64,000 nt of DNA, from contig JANQGX010000058.1 in the NCBI GenBank assembly GCA_028282885.1, positions 68,078-132,077 on the forward strand, written 5' to 3'. The notes under the pieces are model-generated. The model searched no databases. It had not been told where the DNA came from and saw only the letters and a list, made by a program, of their open reading frames with translations. The DNA is from SAR324 cluster bacterium (GTDB lineage: Bacteria; SAR324; XYD2-FULL-50-16). Of the stretch, positions 8,061 to 15,913 are shown piece after piece. The position numbers and the translations under genes were made by a program. Numbering within the stretch: the first letter of the stretch is position 1; each line of letters starts with the position of its first letter.

Positions 8061-10220
8061 TCAGACAGTTCCTTCCAAAGCGCGATTTGCTTTTACTGAC
8101 TTGACAGTGTTGAGTTTGCTTAAAATTTTGTCCAGTTGTTCGGAACCATCGACTGTTATCGTGATGTCCTGAACACTTTTGTTGTCGACCAACTTCAGAT
8201 TATTCTCAAGCAGGGAGACTTTTGCTGAGGCCAGAACTTTCATGATCTGTAGATTGGTCTTTATCAGATTGTCGAATGTCAGTTTGATTCTGACAGGAAG
8301 TTTCTCCGCAGCCGATTTAATCCATTCAACCTCAACCAATCTTTCCGGATCGAAGCTCTTGGATCTGATGTTTTCACAATCAGCGAGATGCACCGAAACA
8401 CCTTGCCCTTGAGTGACAAGACCGACGATTTCGTCACCTTTAACCGGGTTACAGCAGTTCGCATATTTTACCATCATGTTCTCAATCCCCGCTATTCGGA
8501 CAGCTCTTTTTCTCTTGCTGTCATCCCTTGCAACAGCCGGCTTATGCGGTCGTTTCGAAATCTGCTGCCGTTCTGCCGGTGCAACGAACAACTGGTCAAG
8601 GTCTTCCGGATCAGCCTTACCGTAGCCAAGGTGGATAAAATAGCTGTTGATATCGGCATAACCGCCATCTGACAAGTAACGTTTTAATTCCGGAGATTTT
8701 AGAACATCGCGGGATCTTTTACCCAGTTTTGCTACTCTTTCATTGAACAGCTCCTTGCCCAGCACTTCAGCATGCTCCCTTTCTTCCTTTCTCAGAAAAG
8801 AGCGAATTTTGGCAAGAGCTCTTGAGGTCACTGCATAGTTAAGCCAATCCCTGGACGGATGCTGTTTTGATGAAGTTAACACCTCGACTTTGTCGCCATG
8901 TTTGAGCTGGGTTCTGATTGAAACGTTTCTCCCGTTTATTTTCGCACCGGTGCAGGTTTGTCCGATCTCTGTGTGTATTGCATAAGCAAAATCAATGACG
9001 CAAGCTCCTGATTGCAGCTTAACAATCTTGCCCTTTGGGGAGAAAACATAAACAAAATCAGAATAGAGCTCCCTGGTAAAGATATCCAGAGATTCCCTGG
9101 CATCGCTGGCAACATTAAGGCTGTTGATCAGATCCTGCAACCATGAGGTTCTCTCACCGGCTGTCGGAGCCTCGTTATTGTCTGCCTTGTAAGCCCAATG
9201 GGCGGCAACTCCCCTCTCTGCTATACTGTCCATTTCAAATGTCCTGATCTGGACGTCGAAACCGATACCGTCACTCGTATACACATCAATATGGAGTGAC
9301 TGATAATTATTCGGCTTGGGAAATGAGATATAGTCTTTGAAACTCTCGGTTACCGGGCGATAATGGCTGCTAATCAAGCCAAGCACCTTGTAGCATTCAT
9401 CTATATTGTTGACGATAATCCGAGTACCCAGCAGATCATGAAGGTTCTCGTAGTCGATATTGTTTCTGCGAGACTTCATGAAAATGGAATAATTATGTTT
9501 GATTCTGCCTTTGACCTTTCCTTTAATTCCGTTATGAAGAAGTAGGTTGGAAATCTCCTGGTAAAGCCGTTCCAGGGTCTTTGTATGCACATCCTTATTG
9601 TCAATGCAGAAGTCCTCTATCTCTTTATGTTCCTTCGGATGAGAATAGGAAAAACAGAGATCCTCCAGCTCTATTTTTATATGAGACAAGCCCAATCGAT
9701 CTGCGATGGGAGCGTATATCTGCAAGGTTTCCTTGGCGAGAGAGGTCATTCTCAGATTCTCCGGCCGGTTGCCTTGTCTCATTCTTACCAACCTGGCTGC
9801 AAGACAGACAAATATGATGCGGATGTCCTTTGATGAGGCAAATACCATCTGACGCATCTTTTCCGCAATCCGCTGCTTTTCATCCTGAATATCGGAAACC
9901 GCCCTGATATTGTGCATCCCGGCAATAATGCTGGAAGTCTCGCTCCCCAGCAAGTCCTCAATCTCATCTATGCTGATCTTACCTGCATCCAGAACTCCGT
10001 TCAGTAAACCCGAAACAATGCATTGAATGTCAAGTTTCAACTTGACGAGAATGCTGGCAATCTCAAGGGCGATCTGTAATTGATTTCGCGGGAAAAGCTT
10101 CAGATAAGACTGGGCTTTTGCAGCAAGAACATACGCTTTCTGGATCGGACTACAGTCGATTTTATTGTCCGTATACTCTTTAAACGTAGCAATAATCTCT
10201 TCGATTCGGATGACTTGCAT
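8061..10220 (-). CDS. relA: RelA/SpoT-homologue (p)ppGpp synthetase, RelA-type. The hydrolase HD motif is degenerate; the synthetase, TGS and ACT regions are intact.
   Basis: Synthetase motifs RIKHNYSIFMKS...YQSLH are present. The region where HD...ED is expected reads LNGVLDAG instead. Confidence 0.8.
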   Translation of the reverse strand: MQVIRIEEIIATFKEYTDNKIDCSPIQKAYVLAAKAQSYLKLFPRNQLQIALEIASILVKLKLDIQCIVSGLLNGVLDAGKISIDEIEDLLGSETSSIIAGMHNIRAVSDIQDEKQRIAEKMRQMVFASSKDIRIIFVCLAARLVRMRQGNRPENLRMTSLAKETLQIYAPIADRLGLSHIKIELEDLCFSYSHPKEHKEIEDFCIDNKDVHTKTLERLYQEISNLLLHNGIKGKVKGRIKHNYSIFMKSRRNNIDYENLHDLLGTRIIVNNIDECYKVLGLISSHYRPVTESFKDYISFPKPNNYQSLHIDVYTSDGIGFDVQIRTFEMDSIAERGVAAHWAYKADNNEAPTAGERTSWLQDLINSLNVASDARESLDIFTRELYSDFVYVFSPKGKIVKLQSGACVIDFAYAIHTEIGQTCTGAKINGRNVSIRTQLKHGDKVEVLTSSKQHPSRDWLNYAVTSRALAKIRSFLRKEEREHAEVLGKELFNERVAKLGKRSRDVLKSPELKRYLSDGGYADINSYFIHLGYGKADPEDLDQLFVAPAERQQISKRPHKPAVARDDSKRKRAVRIAGIENMMVKYANCCNPVKGDEIVGLVTQGQGVSVHLADCENIRSKSFDPERLVEVEWIKSAAEKLPVRIKLTFDNLIKTNLQIMKVLASAKVSLLENNLKLVDNKSVQDITITVDGSEQLDKILSKLNTVKSVKANRALEGTV

Positions 10221-10264
10221 GCGCCTCTTTATACACAGATTACTGTGACAAAATCAGGTTAGGC

Positions 10265-10921
10265 TTAACAATCTGCAGCGCTGTTGGATACGATTTTCTT
10301 AAATGCTTCTACCGCTTTTTCCAACACATCATTTACGATGACGTGGTCGTACTTGTCCTTGTGGCTCATTTCGCTCTTGGCATTATCAATGCGTTTTGCC
10401 AACGATTCAGGAGTCTCAGTATTGCGTTCCTCCAAACGCCGCTTCAGTTCTTCGAGTGAAGGGGGTTCTATAAAGATATACCGTGTTTGCAGTCCTTCAA
10501 TATTCCTGATCTGTAGCGCACCTTGAACATCGATGTCGAGAACAACAATCTTTCCCTGTTGCATCAACTTTTCGATCTCCTCTCTTGAAGTCCCATAGTA
10601 ATTCCCGTGAACTTCCGCCCATTCCAGGAAATCACCGTTTTTGATCTTGTTCCTGAACTCGTCGGCAGAGATAAAAAAGTAGTCTTTGGCGTGTTGTTCT
10701 CCCGGGCGCGGGGATCTGGAGGTATGTGAGACAGACAATACCAGTTTGGGAATGGATTTTTTTGCGCTTTTTATGATTGTCGTCTTTCCTGCTCCGCTTG
10801 GTGCAGAAACGACAAACAGCGTGGGCTGGTTGATCTCCATGGATCGATACAACTCTTTTCCAGTGGAAGGGTACAGTGTCAGGACAGTTTTCAACAGTTG
10901 CTGAAAACTGCCACCTGTCAT
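10265..10921 (-). CDS. gmk: Guanylate kinase
   Basis: P-loop VVSAPSGAGKTT and guanylate kinase signature. The true start may be the internal MEINQ. Confidence 0.9.
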   Translation of the reverse strand: MTGGSFQQLLKTVLTLYPSTGKELYRSMEINQPTLFVVSAPSGAGKTTIIKSAKKSIPKLVLSVSHTSRSPRPGEQHAKDYFFISADEFRNKIKNGDFLEWAEVHGNYYGTSREEIEKLMQQGKIVVLDIDVQGALQIRNIEGLQTRYIFIEPPSLEELKRRLEERNTETPESLAKRIDNAKSEMSHKDKYDHVIVNDVLEKAVEAFKKIVSNSAADC

Positions 10922-10922
10922 G

Positions 10923-11525
10923 TCATGCCATTACAACATCAATTTCATGATTTAAGGAAGTACTCAGCGTATTCCTGATAAAATTCAATGTTCCTGTTGC
11001 CGCGCTCGCGCAACCCTGACACGCTCCCTGATAGTGAATATACACCTTATCTTTTTCAATCTTGACAACCTGCAGGCCACCACCGTCAGAAGCAAGAACC
11101 GGTCTGACTTTTTCATCAAGAGTGTTTTCGATTTTATTCTGCCACTCTTCTTCCGGGTAATCACCCAAAATTATCTCATCATTTGAGTTTTTCAGCGCTG
11201 ACAGCAATTGCTCAATGCCACCTTCCACATATGAAACATCGGTGAATTTATTATCAACCAAAAGTTTTACGGATTCGGCCGTCTTTTGGTCATCACCATC
11301 CGCATACAGAATTACCTGGGCGTAGGGTGGGATTTGCGTTAGATTGGTCTTGAGATACTCTTCAGGAAACGAATAAGAACCAATCAAATGCTCGTTTGCA
11401 TAGTCCTCCTTCGATCGGATGTCCAGAATGATCGGAGGCATTTTCTTCTTTCTTTCCTTCAGGCACTGATCTGGCTTGATAGCATGCCGCGCTGCATCAA
11501 ACACGTTCTTGTTTGTAAATTTCAT
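10923..11525 (-). CDS. Rhodanese-like domain (active-site Cys replaced by Asp) fused to an Nfu/NifU C-terminal Fe-S scaffold domain
   Basis: Rhodanese fold with YADGDD at the catalytic-loop position. C-terminal GACQGCASAATGTLNFI is the NifU-type CxxC motif. Confidence 0.7.
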   Translation of the reverse strand: MKFTNKNVFDAARHAIKPDQCLKERKKKMPPIILDIRSKEDYANEHLIGSYSFPEEYLKTNLTQIPPYAQVILYADGDDQKTAESVKLLVDNKFTDVSYVEGGIEQLLSALKNSNDEIILGDYPEEEWQNKIENTLDEKVRPVLASDGGGLQVVKIEKDKVYIHYQGACQGCASAATGTLNFIRNTLSTSLNHEIDVVMA

Positions 11526-11553
11526 TTTGATATCTTCTCTTTGACGATTGCCA

Positions 11554-11748
11554 TTAGACCGCTACCGAAACCTTGCCTGAACGAATGCAACTCGTACAAA
11601 CCTTCATCGTGACGTGATTACCGTTGGGCTTCTTCACGTGAACCTTCTGCAGATTCGGTAGCCACCTCTTCTTGGTTTTATTGTGGGCATGACTGACATT
11701 GTTCCCTGTTATGGGCCCCTTGCCGCATACTTCGCATTTATTTGCCAT
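11554..11748 (-). CDS. rpmB: 50S ribosomal protein L28
   Basis: [34 protein letters not shown] is a classic L28 sequence. Confidence 0.9.
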   Translation of the reverse strand: MANKCEVCGKGPITGNNVSHAHNKTKKRWLPNLQKVHVKKPNGNHVTMKVCTSCIRSGKVSVAV

Positions 11749-11948
11749 TGTTATTATAACCTAGTGTTGCCTGCTATGTTAACTGACTAAATTAAAAATT
11801 ACTGCTGATCTTCCTTGGGCTCCCTCCCCTGCTTAATCCAGCTTACTTTCAGAGTGGAGAAGGTCGAACTTTCTATAAATTATCACTTTAACAGTAATAA
11901 GGTTATAGAGCAACGACTAAATTCAATAATTCAGAGCAATATCAATGG

Positions 11949-11978
11949 GAGGTAACAGGTGATAATAACCGTTACCTC
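11949..11978. terminator. 8-bp perfect inverted repeat (gaggtaac...gttacctc) just 3' of the stop of the minus-strand gene 11994..13121. Possible terminator or protein-binding palindrome.
   Basis: Seen in sequence. The T-tract is weak, hence the low confidence. Confidence 0.25.
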
Positions 11979-11993
11979 ATGTTGTAGGAATTT

Positions 11994-13121
11994 TTAAATA
12001 TGGAGACAGTTCAGGTAGGTATTGAGGAGTATTTCTCTAACCTCTTTGATAACGATATTTCTGTCAAAGTACTTTTTATCAATGTCGATCAGGTGCCAAT
12101 ATAGTCCATCCGCTATGTATTTTATCATTCCCTTGGGTTCAGTCTCTTTGAAATCCGGATCTATAATCTTTTCAATACAACCGTTGTAAAGACTGATCTC
12201 TTTTTTCATCAGGTTTGCTATCTCTTCTCTTTCGATTTTGGGGAGTTCCAGATTAAAATCGAGTTGAAAGGTTTTAAGACAGCTTTTCCAGACCACAAAT
12301 ACGAACTCTTTGTAGCTGTAATTCTGATTAAATCTCTTGATGAGATCGGCTTTCTCGTCCAGTTTTTTTAGTCTTGCTTCCTGTTCGCGTTTGAGTCTGG
12401 CACTGTTTCTGGTCGTCGCAAATCGGACGAGATCTGCAGCTTCTTTATGATTGTCTACCGCGACACCGTATTTCACATAAACTGGCTTGTTGATGTATCC
12501 TTGGTAGAGGGTTTCAAAGATTTCCTTTGAAGCACCCATTTCCATGATCAGATTCTGGAAGGAGGTGTTTAATGCGATGCCTAAGGAAGTCTGATTATGT
12601 CCTCTTTTTCGCATATCTTCCGCTTTCGATATTAACAGGTCCAGTTTATCGAAAAACCCTTCCGGGTCATGACTTCTCCGAACTGATATGCTTTGGAGAT
12701 AATCCGTGATTGTCTTTTTAATTTCATCATTCGAGAGGATGAGGAAAATACTGTGATTCTTGATGGTGCCCCTGGCCCTAACTCCTCCCTTCTCTGTCTC
12801 ATTTTCGTAGAAGCAGATGTATTTCAAAGATTTGCCATAGTTCGATACTGCAATCTGGTCGACCTTGAGTTTAACCTGCCTGAAACTGAGATTTTTCTTT
12901 ACCGGAACTTTTTCTGCATACGAGAATCCTGTTTCACTAATATCGCAGACGGCAAAGTTCTTACCCTTTACGGAGGCTTTTAACCCGGCCATTCTGTTCG
13001 TGATCAGGTCAAGCCTGTCGGCCCTACCGCTATACTTTGGATGTCCCATGGACAGCTTTTTAGCGGTTTTCTCCGGATAGAGTGTTTCAAATTTTCGATC
13101 TTGTCGTCCGTTGTTATTCAT
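11994..13121 (-). CDS. Hypothetical protein with a degenerate PilZ-like N-terminal motif (R..R ... DISETG)
   Basis: RADRLDL followed about 25 aa later by CDISETGFSY, reminiscent of the PilZ RxxxR / DxSxxG motifs but not canonical. The rest is unrecognised. Confidence 0.35.
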   Translation of the reverse strand: MNNNGRQDRKFETLYPEKTAKKLSMGHPKYSGRADRLDLITNRMAGLKASVKGKNFAVCDISETGFSYAEKVPVKKNLSFRQVKLKVDQIAVSNYGKSLKYICFYENETEKGGVRARGTIKNHSIFLILSNDEIKKTITDYLQSISVRRSHDPEGFFDKLDLLISKAEDMRKRGHNQTSLGIALNTSFQNLIMEMGASKEIFETLYQGYINKPVYVKYGVAVDNHKEAADLVRFATTRNSARLKREQEARLKKLDEKADLIKRFNQNYSYKEFVFVVWKSCLKTFQLDFNLELPKIEREEIANLMKKEISLYNGCIEKIIDPDFKETEPKGMIKYIADGLYWHLIDIDKKYFDRNIVIKEVREILLNTYLNCLHI

Positions 13122-13149
13122 TCTCTTCAGACAAAAAATTATAAGAGTA

Positions 13150-15726
13150 TTATGAAATATCAGATGGGGATAACAGTTGCAGTAGATTTCTTATGGATTC
13201 CTGCCTCATATCGGCATATTCGGCACTTCCCCCGGATCCTGAATCACTTTGAGCTCGTTGATCTGTAAGCAGTTTTAACGTTTCCCGGTGTTTTTTAATC
13301 TCCTGTACCAATTGCATGCTGTTGCTGGCAAATACATCCAGGATTTCCAGAAAAAGCTTATTGGCAACTTCGGTGCTCTCATGATTGTCCGGATGTAGAA
13401 TGGGGAGAAGGTTGAGATACGGTTTCCCGCTGGTAATGGGATTTTGTTTCTGCCAGCGCTCCTTGATGAATTCCGAAACAAGCGGGGTGAGCTGTTCAGC
13501 CAGGATATCAAGGACCGGACGTGGTTCATCTCCCGGTAGCTTGGACACTACTTTATTTAAAACAGGGATCTGATCGGTCAGTTCAAACAGTAGGTTTCTC
13601 CACCTGGTATAGGCCTGGTTTCCTCGCTGTTCGATTGACATTTCCGGGAAATCCTTGGTTGCCAAACGTAAGAAGAAGTTATAAATCCGCTTGGACAGTT
13701 TGTTGGAAACAAGAATTTCGTTCGGATCCAGTTTCAAACCGATGGTACTGCCAAGCCATCCCACGATTCTCTGGTAGTCCGTTTTTGCAAGCTTCAAGGC
13801 TTTCTGCTCGAAAATCGCTATTTTTTCCGAGCGAAGTATTCCGTTTTTTATCTCAGTCCATTCGTCCACTGCAGCATCTCTTTTTTCAAGCAAATCAAGA
13901 AGATAACTGATATGGTTGTCAATAAACCACTGCATCAACGGAAGGTGCTGTTCTACAAACACAGTATTGTCAGGGTTGGGAAATCTCTCCCAGGGAAGTT
14001 TGTTTCTTGAGACGACCATGACGAGAGAGTCTTCTTCAGTCAGCAATGAATATCTGTCTTCCTCTTCAATTCCCGGATCCTCGATTTTAGAATTCCAGTA
14101 TTCACCACCGATAGGCGAACAGGCTTTGATGGAAAGAAGCCTGTTATCCTGTTGTTTCAAGGCAATATCTCCGGTTAACGGAAACCAGATCTGGTCTCTC
14201 AATTCACTCTCCTGAATTGTATCACCTTTTTCAACGCCACAGAGATAAAAGAGATTGTTTAAGACCTGTTTGGAGAGATATTCCGTCTGAAAATTGCTTG
14301 CCTTGATTATACCAAAAAACGCCTGGGTCATTTTCTCACGCGTGAACTGGGTTCGATGCGCTTTAATCATGTTGTTATAATTTGGAAACGTGTTCTCCGA
14401 AAACTTGATGACACCAAGCGTCTGCCCGTCAATAGAAGGTGATGAATCTCGATAATGATGCACCCCACGAATAATCGTTGAGATATGACTCTTGAGTAGG
14501 CCGGGATCAATCTGTGACTTTTTATCGGTTTCGCCCAGGGATATGTTTCTGGATTTCACTTCATCCAAAAATTTCTGCATTTTAACAACTGACGAGTTAA
14601 AATTGTTTTCACAATCTGCGGCCACCAACGCACATTTCTGCCCGACTTGTGCCAGTAAACGGCGGGGATTACTGACTTTATACATCTTATAGAAGAATTC
14701 CAAATAGAGCGGCAGATTGAACTCATTTGATCTCTCCCCTTTCCCAAAAAAAGAAGATGGCGGGTTTTTTTTATTAATTCCTTTTTTTAAGAGCCTGGAT
14801 TCAAACTTTTTCTGCAATTGATTTTGCAACCCGATCAATCGCATTCGATAAATGTTGGGATTAAACAGTTCAAGATCAAGGGGAGGAATCGGTTTTTTAT
14901 CATCCGGAAGGCTTTTTGTGACTCTTGCCGATATCTCGGTCAGCGTGTTTCGCCATTCCAGTTTCATCCTGATAATATGCTTTTGATCCGTGGCGTTTTT
15001 ATATTTGTGCTCGAAATAACGTCTTAGATAGGAGTGCAACGATTTTGCGTTGATTTGGACCTGTCTTGGCCAGTCCATTCCAATTTTGGATACAACATAG
15101 CTTTGGGCTATCTTCCAGGCATCAGCATCCCAATTGGGGTCGATTCTGTTGTCGAGTTGTTTGGCGTAGATCTGTTGATTGATCGCCTGAATTGTGTTGC
15201 TGGCCTGCTCCCACAGTGATTTCTGGAGATAGATGAATTCGAACAGTCTCTCCTGTACTGTTTGAAACACATTTTCATAAACTCTTTTCTCCTGATTGAA
15301 GCTCTCATCGGAAATCGTGCTGTCCTTAAAGTCCCTGATGAAACTTCCCATAGGAATTTTGAAGACCAGAGCGGGCTGATCGCTTGAAATTCGGATTGTT
15401 GCAGCCCTTTCCGAGTTCTCGGCGATGATTCCTTTGTCACCTACCAGAGTGGGTGATTGCATTTGTACGACGACCTGATCTCCAACCAATACATCAATGG
15501 TACCGCTACAGAGAAGGAAAAAATCCCTTCCGGATTCTCCCTGAATTATGATATCCGAGCCTTTCTCAAAGAAACCGAACTCTAATTGGTCTTTGAGTTC
15601 CTGCCCCAAGGTTTCAATGCAACCACGGGTTAACGGATAGCTGTTGAGCAAGTCAATGGACGTCTGGACGGCTCTGGTATCCGTGCCTTTTAACAAGTGG
15701 TAAAGATTGGTTTCCCAATTCGACAT
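13150..15726 (-). CDS. Large (858 aa) cyclic-nucleotide-binding-domain protein. The C-terminal ~700 aa are unassigned.
   Basis: N-terminal cNMP-binding beta-barrel: FFEKGSDIIIQGESGRDFFLLCSG...GDKGIIAENSERAATIR (phosphate-binding cassette). Confidence 0.7.
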   Translation of the reverse strand: MSNWETNLYHLLKGTDTRAVQTSIDLLNSYPLTRGCIETLGQELKDQLEFGFFEKGSDIIIQGESGRDFFLLCSGTIDVLVGDQVVVQMQSPTLVGDKGIIAENSERAATIRISSDQPALVFKIPMGSFIRDFKDSTISDESFNQEKRVYENVFQTVQERLFEFIYLQKSLWEQASNTIQAINQQIYAKQLDNRIDPNWDADAWKIAQSYVVSKIGMDWPRQVQINAKSLHSYLRRYFEHKYKNATDQKHIIRMKLEWRNTLTEISARVTKSLPDDKKPIPPLDLELFNPNIYRMRLIGLQNQLQKKFESRLLKKGINKKNPPSSFFGKGERSNEFNLPLYLEFFYKMYKVSNPRRLLAQVGQKCALVAADCENNFNSSVVKMQKFLDEVKSRNISLGETDKKSQIDPGLLKSHISTIIRGVHHYRDSSPSIDGQTLGVIKFSENTFPNYNNMIKAHRTQFTREKMTQAFFGIIKASNFQTEYLSKQVLNNLFYLCGVEKGDTIQESELRDQIWFPLTGDIALKQQDNRLLSIKACSPIGGEYWNSKIEDPGIEEEDRYSLLTEEDSLVMVVSRNKLPWERFPNPDNTVFVEQHLPLMQWFIDNHISYLLDLLEKRDAAVDEWTEIKNGILRSEKIAIFEQKALKLAKTDYQRIVGWLGSTIGLKLDPNEILVSNKLSKRIYNFFLRLATKDFPEMSIEQRGNQAYTRWRNLLFELTDQIPVLNKVVSKLPGDEPRPVLDILAEQLTPLVSEFIKERWQKQNPITSGKPYLNLLPILHPDNHESTEVANKLFLEILDVFASNSMQLVQEIKKHRETLKLLTDQRAQSDSGSGGSAEYADMRQESIRNLLQLLSPSDIS

Positions 15727-15913
15727 AAGTCGGTTTCTCCTGAAGTAACAGAAATTCGACTGAAAGAGTTAGCATGCCCGAAGCGCAGGTCGGGTTGTCT
15801 TGGTTAAAATCGAATACTGATTAACTATTCCTTTTATATTCTGAATATCCCAAAGAAGGTGAATTATCAACAATGATGCTTGTAACAGTTTGAAGAGAAA
15901 AGATTTCAATGTT

